Assembly: GCA_043800255.1 (NCBI GenBank)
Contig: JAZDNF010000009.1
Coordinates: 96,001 to 160,000, forward strand
Length of the DNA: 64,000 nucleotides
Source of the DNA: Candidatus Altiarchaeota archaeon
GTDB taxonomy: Archaea > Altiarchaeota > Altiarchaeia > IMC4 > SCGC-AAA252-I15
Direction: 5' to 3'
The translations under genes and the position numbers were made by a program. Under the pieces are notes generated by a model. That model searched no databases. It was not told the origin of the DNA and saw nothing but the letters and a program-made list of their open reading frames with translations. This document shows, in pieces, positions 19,320 through 27,993 of this stretch (positions within the stretch are counted from its first letter, which is position 1; every line of letters starts with the position of its first letter).

Positions 19320-19855
19320 TTCCTGTAGAGTTTGTGTTCTATTCCGAGGACGTCGAGTATCTTTCCCACGATGAAGGCTGACATGTCGTCTGCCGTCTCA
19401 GGCTTGTGGTAGTATGCGACTTCGGGTGGGAGTATTATGGCTCCTCCCATCTTCAGCTTTCTCATGTTCTCTATGGCTGCCAGCGTGAGTGGGGTTTCTC
19501 TTGGCACTACTATCAGCTTCCATCCCATCTTGAGCATGTTCTCCGCGGCCCTCGTCACCAGGTTATCGGAGTAGCCGTTCGCGACTCCTGAGAGCGTCTT
19601 CATCGAGCATGGCACTATGACCATCCCGTCAACCTTGTATGAGGAGGAGGCTATCTTCGCCATCAGGTTGTCCTCATCGTATGAGCGTGATGCTAGCTTC
19701 CTTATCTCCTTCGGGCTCTTGTTCTCCTCGAACCGGGCGACATCCTCCGCTGCTGAGGTCATTATCAGGTGAGTCTCATGGCCTCTGAGCTCTTCCAGCA
19801 GCCTCTGACCTAGTATTATCCCTGAGGCGCCGGTGATGGCTATTATCAGCTTCAT
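19304..19855 (-). CDS. ubiX: Flavin prenyltransferase
   Basis: ITGASG, PCSMKTL, RETPL motifs. Confidence 0.92.
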   Translation of the reverse strand: MKLIIAITGASGIILGQRLLEELRGHETHLIMTSAAEDVARFEENKSPKEIRKLASRSYDEDNLMAKIASSSYKVDGMVIVPCSMKTLSGVANGYSDNLVTRAAENMLKMGWKLIVVPRETPLTLAAIENMRKLKMGGAIILPPEVAYYHKPETADDMSAFIVGKILDVLGIEHKLYRKWEGK

Positions 19856-19915
19856 CCTTCATTATTATGGTGAGGGGTTATTTATTCTTGTCCTCCTGTG
19901 ATTATTCAATAGACT

Positions 19916-21265
19916 ATGGAGAAGCAGGTCAGGTGGGTTTACAGGGCTGGAAAGGGCGGCAGTATGGAGAGCATCCAGGAGGAGGCTGGCCTGTTCAAGC
20001 CTATGGGAGATGCGCAGAAGTGGTATCGTAAGAGGTTTGTCAGCCCCATTGCCGTGGAGAGCCTGCCTGCCATCAAGGAGCATCCTGGTGAGTTCTTCCA
20101 GAAGCAGGCTGATGGATTGTATCATAAGCTCGAGGTCGAGCCGTATGACATCAGAGAGGAGTTTGCGAGGGTGAGGCCTGATGACATCCTCAACCCGGGG
20201 GAGGAGCAGCAGGTCTCATGGAGTCCGTCTGACAGGGGAGTGCAATCTTCACCAGAGTTGGCCTCTGCCAGCGGCGTGGAGTCTTCCAGCGGGTTGATTT
20301 CCGACAGGGAGAGGGGGTATATCGGCAGTTTCCTGTCGGGTTTGAGGGGGTCGATAAAGTCGGAGCCTGACGGCGTGAGAAAGAGCGTTTCGAAGCTTAT
20401 CAAACAGATCGATAAGGCGTTTGGTAGGCGTGAGACCTTGGATGAGTTCGAGGCCGGCCTGTCTAAACTGTCAGTGGACGATCAGTTGAAGCTGTCGGCA
20501 GCCTTGAGTGGGGAGGTCCGGTCTGACAGTTGGTTCAGCGGCAGCCAGGATAAGGCTGATAGGAGCGGGTTCATGTCAAGGTTGTATAACATCAACCTGA
20601 AGTCCATCGGCGGTAAGTCGAAGATAAAGGCTGACATCCCTGACGAGTTTAAGGGGGCGTTTGAGGTCTTGAGGCCTGATTTTTTCAGCATGATGGATCG
20701 GGACTCTTTAGCTCTCATAGAGCAGATGGAGAGGGCGAGGTCTGCGAACATAGCATCCTCCGATCCTTCGGCGGTGAATGCCATGATGGAGCTTTCGCTT
20801 CCGATGTTGAGGGCGCAGATTGAGGAGTCTTTGCGGTTCTTGGACAGGCCTGACATTGGGAAGAGCACGGGGGATGAGTTTGACAATATCATGGGAATCT
20901 ACGGCATCGCTAAGACGGCGGGCATAACGCATAAGAACGAGCTGAGCCTTTTGAAGCTTTCGGAGAGGCCGGAGCATCTGGTGGGGGTTTTCAAGTTTTT
21001 TGACAGCCGGATTAAGGGAGTGCAGGAGGAGGCCGGCGTCGGCGATGATTTCGTGAGTTCTTTCATGAGGAGGAGGGCGTTCTTCTTTGACTCGAATGGG
21101 ATGCCTTATAAGCTGTCGGCTGAAGACTTGAAGGAGATAGTAAAGTCTAAGCGGGGGGAGGATGATGTCCGGCGGATTGGCACTAATCGGGAGGCTGATG
21201 ACGTGCATCGTCTCGGCACCAACTTCAAAGCCTTGGGGAAGCTGATAAAGGTCTATTCCCGCTGA
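19916..21265 (+). CDS. Hypothetical protein
   Basis: 449-aa ORF whose stop overlaps the trm1 start; no motif recognised. Confidence 0.65.
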   Translation: MEKQVRWVYRAGKGGSMESIQEEAGLFKPMGDAQKWYRKRFVSPIAVESLPAIKEHPGEFFQKQADGLYHKLEVEPYDIREEFARVRPDDILNPGEEQQVSWSPSDRGVQSSPELASASGVESSSGLISDRERGYIGSFLSGLRGSIKSEPDGVRKSVSKLIKQIDKAFGRRETLDEFEAGLSKLSVDDQLKLSAALSGEVRSDSWFSGSQDKADRSGFMSRLYNINLKSIGGKSKIKADIPDEFKGAFEVLRPDFFSMMDRDSLALIEQMERARSANIASSDPSAVNAMMELSLPMLRAQIEESLRFLDRPDIGKSTGDEFDNIMGIYGIAKTAGITHKNELSLLKLSERPEHLVGVFKFFDSRIKGVQEEAGVGDDFVSSFMRRRAFFFDSNGMPYKLSAEDLKEIVKSKRGEDDVRRIGTNREADDVHRLGTNFKALGKLIKVYSR

Positions 21266-22374
21266 TGATGGACGTTTCCGAGTTTTCTGAGGGCAGCGTT
21301 CGGCTGAAGATCCCCGCAGTCGAGAGGCTCCTTAGGAAGAACCCGGTCTTCTTTAATCCTCTTATGGAGTTGAACCGTGATATCTCTGTAGCCTCCTGCA
21401 GACTTCTTAAACCAAATGACTTCTGCGACGCTCTCGCGGGGAGCGGGGCGAGGGGCTTCCGTGTCGCCAGGGAGGCTGGCGTCGACGTCACCTTGGTTGA
21501 CATGAATTCCACGGCTTGTGAATTCATGGAGGAGAACGCGAAACTTAACAAGTTAAAGGTGAATGTCGTCAACGATGACTGCACTCATTTCTTGTCGGGG
21601 AGGAAGTTCGATTATATCGACGTTGACCCGTTCGGCCCTCCGGTCCGCTATCTGGACTCTGCCATCCGAGCCTGCAGGAAGAGGTCTTTTCTCGGCGTCG
21701 CCGCCACGGACACCAGCGCTCTCTGCGGCACCTATCCGCGGGCGTGCAAACGGAAGTATGATTCCGTCTCTCTCCGGACTGACTGTTATGATGAGCTTGG
21801 TCTTCGCATCCTTCTCGGTTTCATCGCCCGGTCTGCGGTCCGTTATGATTATGGCGTCTCGTTTCTCTTTTCCCACTGTACGAGGCATTATTTTAGGACT
21901 TACGCGGAGTTGAACCGCGGCCGTTCTCATGTTAGAAAATCTCAGGACAGTCTCGGCTTCGTCCAGCATTGTTTCAAGTGCCTTTGGAGAGGTTACAGGA
22001 AACTTGAGGAGCTGGAGCAAACGTGCAAGTGTGGTTCTCCTCTCTCGACTGCAGGCCCCTTATGGACTGCCGAATTCGCCGACCCTGTCTTCTGCGGGAA
22101 CCTCATAGGGGAGCTTGAGTCCGGGTCTTATGGCACAAAGTCCTCAGCTGTGAAGCTCATCAGCGCAGTCTCCGATGAGCAGCCTATCCTCACACCCTAT
22201 TATGACCTGCACAAGATAGCTAAGCGGGAGAGGAAGCCTGCACCAGCCCGGGACGCCTTCTTCAAGAAGGTAACCGGTGGAGGCCACAGGATAACGCGGA
22301 CTCATTTCTCAGACCTCGGCATCAGGTCTGACGCTGACGTGGACGAGATTGCAGGATATCTGGGCAAACTTTAG
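21265..22374 (+). CDS. trm1: tRNA (guanine26-N2)-dimethyltransferase
   Basis: VFFNPLMELNRDIS, LAGSGARG, DVDPFG, ATDTSALCG, CxxC..CxCG, GPLW, RTHFS. Confidence 0.93.
   Translation: MMDVSEFSEGSVRLKIPAVERLLRKNPVFFNPLMELNRDISVASCRLLKPNDFCDALAGSGARGFRVAREAGVDVTLVDMNSTACEFMEENAKLNKLKVNVVNDDCTHFLSGRKFDYIDVDPFGPPVRYLDSAIRACRKRSFLGVAATDTSALCGTYPRACKRKYDSVSLRTDCYDELGLRILLGFIARSAVRYDYGVSFLFSHCTRHYFRTYAELNRGRSHVRKSQDSLGFVQHCFKCLWRGYRKLEELEQTCKCGSPLSTAGPLWTAEFADPVFCGNLIGELESGSYGTKSSAVKLISAVSDEQPILTPYYDLHKIAKRERKPAPARDAFFKKVTGGGHRITRTHFSDLGIRSDADVDEIAGYLGKL
22236..22353 (+). repeat. Direct repeat copy 1A: trm1 3' end (118 bp)
   Basis: Ungapped match to 23907-24024, 19 mismatches by hand count. Confidence 0.9.
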
Positions 22375-23036
22375 CTCATGCGCATCGCTTTTCTTATCTT
22401 TCCGAGGTTGAAGTTGGGATGGGTTCTATTCTTGTCTTTGATCATCTTCAGTTCATTCAGCGCCATCTCCGGGCTTTTATCCCATTTTTTGAGGCTGCTT
22501 TTTATGACCGTCCAGTCAAATGTGGGGGAGTTGTAGTTCACGATGATATTGTATATGTCTTCCATATCCTGGGATTTCGCATGGTATACCAGGTCTGCTG
22601 AGCTTCTCTCCAGGAGCATCTTCGTCGCCAGCAGGTCCTCAACTCTCGGGAGTGGTAGGCTGTCCAGTATCTGGCTGCGGTCCCATAGTTCCGAGTCGAA
22701 TTCCAGGGTGTCGCATACGCCTCCAACCCACAGTTCAACGTAGTTTTTTATCTCTTCTTCGAGGGGCGACTTGGAGAACAGGTATCTCTTGAAATGGTAT
22801 TCAGTGTTCTCTCCCTCGAAATGCCAGCCGATCCTCCTCAGGTTGTTTTTGATCTTCCGCAGAACGTCTTTTGGTACATCCTCTCTGATGACGAAGTCGA
22901 TGTCCTTGGTCGACCGGGGTTGGACTAGGGCGGACACGGCCACGCCGCCTATGATGACGTGTTCTATGTGGAATCTTTTGAGTATCCTTGATATCCGTAT
23001 GGCTGTCTCCTGCGCTTTGTCGGCTTCGATTTTCAT
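22371..23036 (-). CDS. Pol-beta-fold nucleotidyltransferase (AbiEii/DUF6036-like putative toxin)
   Basis: IIGGVAV..PRSTKDIDF signature, EDLLATK, DMEDI. Confidence 0.75.
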   Translation of the reverse strand: MKIEADKAQETAIRISRILKRFHIEHVIIGGVAVSALVQPRSTKDIDFVIREDVPKDVLRKIKNNLRRIGWHFEGENTEYHFKRYLFSKSPLEEEIKNYVELWVGGVCDTLEFDSELWDRSQILDSLPLPRVEDLLATKMLLERSSADLVYHAKSQDMEDIYNIIVNYNSPTFDWTVIKSSLKKWDKSPEMALNELKMIKDKNRTHPNFNLGKIRKAMRMS

Positions 23037-23806
23037 AGGATGCCAAGCTTTTCTTTTATCGGTTTTATCAGCTCTGGGGGGAGGCCCATCCTCTTCTTAT
23101 CGGCATGAGAGAGGTCTGGGAGGTTCGGCGCATATGGTCTCAGCCCGGATAGGATGCCGATGATGAAGTCTTTGACGTGCCATTTTTCTGATCTTTCGAT
23201 CACGTATGCCCAGTCGGTGTTTTGTTCCCGGAGCATGATGGAGAGCAGGTCTTCTAGGGGGAGCTGGCCTTTTTGTACTAGGTGCGCGTATGCGAGTATC
23301 GCGTCTTCGCGTTCGGGTATTCGGACGCCTCCGTAGTCTGTTTTTTTGTAGAAGAGTTTGTATTCTCTGACGTAGTCGGCCTTTTTGTCCTTGGTTTGTT
23401 TTTCTGCGAATACAAAGACGCGCTCGTCGTATCTGTCGAACCCGTACAGTTTCGTCAGAAAGGGCCCGACGAGGACCGTGTCTATCCCCTCTCTTCTGAA
23501 TTTGCCCGACATCTCCAGCAGCCTGTCTTCGATCCCTGTTGTCTGTTCTTTTGAGGTTTCGATGAGTTCTTTGAATTTTCGCATGAATTTTGAGCCCATC
23601 ACCGGCTGGTATTTGGGGTATAGGCCTTCTCCGACGGGCTCTACGAGGCCTGCTTCTGCGAGGGTGTCTATCGCAGTTGCCGCCGTCGACGTGCTTGTCT
23701 TCGTCTGCGACGCGTAGTCTTTCTTGTGCATCGGCTGCGGGTGCTCTACCATGTACGCCAGGATCTTTACCGTGGGTTTTTCCCCTAATATGTCGGAAAC
23801 CTGCAT
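23033..23806 (-). CDS. wHTH + degenerate NTase-fold protein (AbiEi-like putative antitoxin/regulator)
   Basis: Start likely ATG 23806 (MQVSDILG); N-terminal winged HTH (TLAEAGLVE); 4-bp overlap with the NTase gene. Confidence 0.65.
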   Translation of the reverse strand: MQVSDILGEKPTVKILAYMVEHPQPMHKKDYASQTKTSTSTAATAIDTLAEAGLVEPVGEGLYPKYQPVMGSKFMRKFKELIETSKEQTTGIEDRLLEMSGKFRREGIDTVLVGPFLTKLYGFDRYDERVFVFAEKQTKDKKADYVREYKLFYKKTDYGGVRIPEREDAILAYAHLVQKGQLPLEDLLSIMLREQNTDWAYVIERSEKWHVKDFIIGILSGLRPYAPNLPDLSHADKKRMGLPPELIKPIKEKLGIL

Positions 23807-23834
23807 CTTGCGTATATACATAGGGTGAGGCGAG

Positions 23835-23877
23835 TATTTAAATGTTTCGATTTTAAGAAACAATTGTTTTCGAACAT
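23835..23877 (-). promoter_or_regulatory. TATA box plus inverted-repeat operator upstream of the AbiE-like pair
   Basis: TTTAAATA on the minus strand about 30 nt before ATG 23806; palindrome AAACAATTGTTT (23858-23869) inside ATGTTTCGA...TCGAACAT. Confidence 0.5.
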
Positions 23878-23906
23878 GAAAACATTCTCGGACAGCGTAA
23901 GAAGAG

Positions 23907-24036
23907 GCCTGCACCAGCCCGGAACACCTTCTTCAAGAAGGTAACGGATGGCGGCTACAAGATAACGCGAACACACTTCTCAGACTTGGGCATACGATGC
24001 GACGCCGATGTGGACGAGATTGCAAAACTAATCTGA
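23907..24036 (+). pseudogene. Direct repeat copy 1B: orphan trm1 3' fragment
   Basis: Translates PAPARNTFFKKVTDGGYKITRTHFSDLGIRCDADVDEIAKLI*, the Trm1 C-terminus. Confidence 0.9.
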
Positions 24037-24058
24037 ACAACAAAAGAAGGTTCATAGT

Positions 24059-24406
24059 TTGGCTGAGACTGCGGGCAAGGGGGGCGAAAAGTATAAGGTC
24101 AAAATCTGTCCCAGGTGCGATGAGAAGAATTCTCCGAGTGTTGATGTCTGCCAGAAGTGCGGGACCACATTGGACATAAAAACCCTCCTGGAAGAGGATG
24201 AAAGAAGAAACACTACTATGGGCGTGTTGTCGACGATACTCTCGGATGACCGGGTTAAGGAGGCGATAGCTGCCAGCATAAAATCGCAGGAAGAACACGC
24301 CCGAAAAACCCAACAGGAGACAATATCAGACCAACTCATCAAACTACTCAACCCCGGAGCATACGACCTACAACTGACAACACAACCCACAAAAACCAAA
24401 AAATGA
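24059..24406 (+). pseudogene. C-terminal zinc-ribbon remnant of an archaeal tyrosine integrase
   Basis: KVKICPRCDEKNSPSVDVCQKCGTTLD followed by a helical tail resembles the C-terminal extension of archaeal site-specific integrases; no catalytic R-H-R-Y domain upstream. Confidence 0.55.
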
Positions 24407-24505
24407 TAAAAACAGAGTCCCGGGAGAGGTTTTACTGTTGCTTTAAACCCCTAGTTATTACTTTAGTTTCCATATATAAATACGTATATGCTAAAGTTTA
24501 TACTA

Positions 24506-24664
24506 ATGAAACTCCAAGAATCAAAGGGCAAGTACAGCATATTCCTACCGACAAGAATAGTCGAAGGATTTAGTTGGAAGAAAGGCCAAGAGCTTGAGGT
24601 TAAGATACTTGGTAAAGATAGATTAGAAATTAGGAAAAGACCGCTTAGAACTCAAGAGAGTTAA
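24506..24664 (+). CDS. AbrB/MazE/SpoVT-family DNA-binding protein (52 aa, absent from the ORF track)
   Basis: Hand translation MKLQESKGKYSIFLPTRIVEGFSWKKGQELEVKILGKDRLEIRKRPLRTQES*; TATA-like TATATAAATA upstream. Confidence 0.75.
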   Translation: MKLQESKGKYSIFLPTRIVEGFSWKKGQELEVKILGKDRLEIRKRPLRTQES

Positions 24665-24739
24665 ATAAACAGATTTTAATTAAAGTATTCTCTAATCTTT
24701 TAAGGATATAGTTTTTTTATAACACTTGGAGGGGTTGGA

Positions 24740-25732
24740 TTGGCAAAGGAATTTAAGAAAAAAACTGATTTTTCAGTCCCTAGAGGTTCAACAGAAGTAG
24801 ATTCTGATAAATGGGAGGATGACACATATGCTTCAAAAATATCCTATGAGATTACCCAACAAGGACGAGAAGGGATAAGAGTATTGTCAGCTAAAAAAAC
24901 AAACTATACTCCTCATTATGGAGTATGGTTAGACAAAAAAATAGATTATTCTAATTGGTATAAGTGGTTCTCTTCTGCTTTTAAAAAATTAGCCAGAATA
25001 TTTGGAAAAAAGATAGAAACAGCGGAAGATATAGTCCAAAGATATGAAAAGGAATTGCAAGATATGTCAAAAACAATCACTGAACTTACTTTAAAATATG
25101 AAAGAGCAAAAAACGAATTGGAACAAAATAAAAAAGACTTTGAATTAGCAAGAAAATTAGTTGACAATATTGATGTGTATGAGAAAGGATTAGAGGAAAT
25201 ACGAGATGCTATTAATAAGTCATATGATGAGAATTCAAGACTAGAGGGATTAATAAAACAAAAAATCATCGAGAATAGATGGGTTCTTGGACTAGACTGT
25301 GAAGTTCAAGCCAAAGAAAGACGTATAGACAATCAGACTTCACTTGATTTGCATATTAAAACTGATTTAGGAGAAGATAGAGTTTTTGAATTCAAAAGTC
25401 CGAATATCCGTCCTTTCTTTAAAGAGAATCAGCAGGGTAGGTTTCACATAAATTCTGAAATTGCCGAGGGATTAAATCAATTAATGATATATCTAACAAA
25501 AATTGATTTTTGGGGTAGAATCAAAGAGGGTGGCATTTATGGAGTGACAAAACCTGCAGGGGTTGTAATAACGGGCTATAAACTTCCGGAGGAAGATATT
25601 GATGTTCTTAAAACATGGAATTTTCATTTAAGACCACATATAAGATTCGTTACTTACGATGAACTCATAAGAAGTGCTGAAAATAATCTGGACATTATTA
25701 GAAAAGCCAGGCAATTGGACAAGGTAGATTAA
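24740..25732 (+). CDS. sduA: Shedu-like (DUF4263) anti-viral nuclease with an N-terminal coiled-coil/sensor region
   Basis: ENRWVLG, D..(VF)EFKSP, EGLNQL..Y, P.GVVITG, FVTYDELI pattern; TTG start after GGAGGGGT. Confidence 0.75.
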   Translation: MAKEFKKKTDFSVPRGSTEVDSDKWEDDTYASKISYEITQQGREGIRVLSAKKTNYTPHYGVWLDKKIDYSNWYKWFSSAFKKLARIFGKKIETAEDIVQRYEKELQDMSKTITELTLKYERAKNELEQNKKDFELARKLVDNIDVYEKGLEEIRDAINKSYDENSRLEGLIKQKIIENRWVLGLDCEVQAKERRIDNQTSLDLHIKTDLGEDRVFEFKSPNIRPFFKENQQGRFHINSEIAEGLNQLMIYLTKIDFWGRIKEGGIYGVTKPAGVVITGYKLPEEDIDVLKTWNFHLRPHIRFVTYDELIRSAENNLDIIRKARQLDKVD

Positions 25733-26961
25733 TGATTGAAGATAAATCTAAAATTGGGGTTCTCTGTAGAAAATTCATTGAGAATTATGATGAGTATACG
25801 AAAGTAGATTTCAAGTCTACGCTTGATTTATCCTCCTCTGAGAATAAAGCCGAACTCTGTAAATTGATTTGTGCGATTGGTAACTCAAATAGCCCTAAAT
25901 ATGATAACATTGGCTATATAATCCTAGGTGCTAAACGTGGTGAACTCATTGGCGGTATTAATGAACTAGCTAAGGATTCTACCTCAGCTAGTATCCGTCA
26001 GATTGTTGCTTCTTTTTTAGATTATCCCGTAAAGTTTGAGATTCTGGCCTTTAAGGATGAGGTAAAAGGGTTATGGGGAGCTATTGAAATCTTCGATGAC
26101 CCCCAGAATCGACCTCTTAAATTCAAGCGTTCTGTTGGGACATTGGGCATAAAAAAAGATGATGCATTCATCCGGGATGGTGACTCAATTAGACTAGCAA
26201 ATCCTCGGGAGATAGAAGAAATTACTAGTCGAAAATTCACATTAAGAGTTCCGTCACTCAATATTGCCTTCTTTGATGGTAAGGATTACACTAAATTCCT
26301 ACTCGTTGAGCCAGAAGTAGTAAAAATTATTGAAAAAAAGATGCCAGAAACACCTCTTCTAAAGCCGTCTCCAATGATAGAGCGATTCTCTGGGCTATCA
26401 GAGACAGTTAATAGGATTAATGCTGTTTGTGCCATTATCCCTAGACCATTATGGGTGGGTAAAAGCCAAAGCGAATATGAAGCTGAGATGGGAGAATATA
26501 GAGAGTTAATGCGACAACTGCCAATCCTCACTTTGGTTTTGAGGAATGACGGAACAGCTCGTGCGAGAGATATTGATGTAACAATAAGTTTTCCACGAGA
26601 GATTGAAATTATGTTGGAGGACGATATTCCAGATGAACCATCTAAACCTGGGCGTTCTCTATTACTGAAACCGTCATATACTCCCTTACCCGACTTTCTT
26701 GGTATTAGCCCCACATTAGAAGAACTAGATGAAGAAAAGTTACTGTCATTTTATGTTAAAACGCTAAAGCATACAAATAAAGCAGAGTGTAGATTTGCCA
26801 TAACAAATGAAACTCCTGAGGGGAATTATTCTATTAAGTATGAGGTTCATTGTGAGGAGGATATCAAACCCACAAAGGGAGAGTTAAAGCTAATTGTTAA
26901 AAAGAAAATTAGAGAAGAAATTAAATGGATTTCAGATGGGGGGATACACTTAAGTAAATGA
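25732..26961 (+). CDS. Schlafen/AlbA_2-domain protein with a C-terminal Ig-like beta domain
   Basis: EYTKVDFK...ELCKLICAIGNS...GYIILG...FIRDGDS (AlbA_2); LVLRNDGTARARDIDVTISFP beta-sandwich; TAATG coupling to the Shedu gene. Confidence 0.75.
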   Translation: MIEDKSKIGVLCRKFIENYDEYTKVDFKSTLDLSSSENKAELCKLICAIGNSNSPKYDNIGYIILGAKRGELIGGINELAKDSTSASIRQIVASFLDYPVKFEILAFKDEVKGLWGAIEIFDDPQNRPLKFKRSVGTLGIKKDDAFIRDGDSIRLANPREIEEITSRKFTLRVPSLNIAFFDGKDYTKFLLVEPEVVKIIEKKMPETPLLKPSPMIERFSGLSETVNRINAVCAIIPRPLWVGKSQSEYEAEMGEYRELMRQLPILTLVLRNDGTARARDIDVTISFPREIEIMLEDDIPDEPSKPGRSLLLKPSYTPLPDFLGISPTLEELDEEKLLSFYVKTLKHTNKAECRFAITNETPEGNYSIKYEVHCEEDIKPTKGELKLIVKKKIREEIKWISDGGIHLSK

Positions 26962-27022
26962 ACCCCTGACAATTCTATTTATTGGGTGGGTTCTTTGGCA
27001 CTTTGTCCCTGGCTTTGGGTGC

Positions 27023-27101
27023 AATCCTTCTGTGGAAGGGCAACGTCCTTGGGTGGGGTCTTGTTGCAGTCGGAATTGCGAACTACGTAAGAATCTGGTC
27101 G
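27023..27101 (+). repeat. Direct repeat copy 2A (79 bp; fragment of a small membrane-protein gene)
   Basis: Ungapped match to 27688-27766, 16 mismatches; both read GWGL(V/I)AVGIANYVRIWS. Confidence 0.85.
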
Positions 27102-27105
27102 GGGA

Positions 27106-27639
27106 TTAAGGAGATGAAGCATGAGGCATCCGTTTATTTAGATTTTTCATCTCCTCTTTTGCCGTGTCAACAAGCAGATCATTTACCGTAACACTCATAA
27201 CTATGGAGATAAATATAACCATCAATAATCCATGGATAGTAGCCCTCTTGTCTAGAGGTGTCGGAAGGTCATCAATCAATATCTGTGTCATTATGACAGC
27301 CACTAATAGTGTCATTGGGATTATGTAAATGAACATTATCTTCAAGATTAGGTTTTTTTCCCAATACACCCAATACTCATTCTTCATACCCCCCAGCATC
27401 TTGTGGGTAAACATGACACAGAAAACAAAGCAATCTACAATATAAATCGATACAAAGATGAAAGTACTTATCAAAATAGATATTATAAGTTGAGAACTAT
27501 CTAGTGGTTTGAAACCAAAGAATGCACCGTGCAGAACATATCCCACCGCAACAAATCCAAAGATTATAAAAGGTATGGAAATCAGCTTGTCTGGTTCTTT
27601 AAATACCTCCTGGAAATTTTTGAGAGATTCGTCCCACAT
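27106..27639 (-). CDS. Membrane protein (about 4 TM)
   Basis: Start likely ATG 27639 (MWDESLK); four hydrophobic segments; sits exactly between repeats 2A and 2B. Confidence 0.65.
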   Translation of the reverse strand: MWDESLKNFQEVFKEPDKLISIPFIIFGFVAVGYVLHGAFFGFKPLDSSQLIISILISTFIFVSIYIVDCFVFCVMFTHKMLGGMKNEYWVYWEKNLILKIMFIYIIPMTLLVAVIMTQILIDDLPTPLDKRATIHGLLMVIFISIVMSVTVNDLLVDTAKEEMKNLNKRMPHASSP

Positions 27640-27687
27640 AGTATATACTGAATATTTCGTGTATAAAAAACTCTTCACACATACGAT

Positions 27688-27766
27688 AATCCTATTGTTG
27701 AAAGACAATGTCATCGGCTGGGGTCTTATCGCCGTCGGGATTGCGAACTATGTGAGGATCTGGTCG
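27688..27766 (+). repeat. Direct repeat copy 2B
   Basis: See copy 2A. Confidence 0.85.
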
Positions 27767-27805
27767 AGAACTAAGATGGAAAAATCTGGAGATTGAGGAT
27801 TAGAG

Positions 27806-27991
27806 ATGGAAGTTAAGATTGAAAAATGTAGTTATCCGAACTGTAATGATAGCGCTGAACATAAGCATCATATTCTTGGAAAAGATAACCTTGACCCAAA
27901 GAAGCGGATGAGAATAGCAGGGTTATGTAAACGTCATCATGAAGACATCACATACTTAAATGGCTTTTGTGTAGTGATAATTCTGCATTAG
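27806..27991 (+). CDS. Small HNH-like zinc-binding protein, possibly truncated
   Basis: CSYPNC....HKHHI.....LCKRHH pattern. Confidence 0.45.
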   Translation: MEVKIEKCSYPNCNDSAEHKHHILGKDNLDPKKRMRIAGLCKRHHEDITYLNGFCVVIILH

Positions 27992-27993
27992 AA

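Noticed and set aside
14943-19855. ubiD/ubiX as ubiquinone or menaquinone biosynthesis
   Set aside because: Context with AcnX, mvk and ipk favours the mevalonate role; no quinone pathway genes are in the window
24414-24432. AGTCCCGGGAGAGG after the integrase remnant as a tRNA-derived att site
   Set aside because: Only about 14 nt resemble a tRNA 3' end, there is no T-loop and no partner copy in the window
27509-27796. 95-aa + strand ORF
   Set aside because: Chimera of antisense to the membrane gene and repeat copy 2B; only the last third is gene-derived
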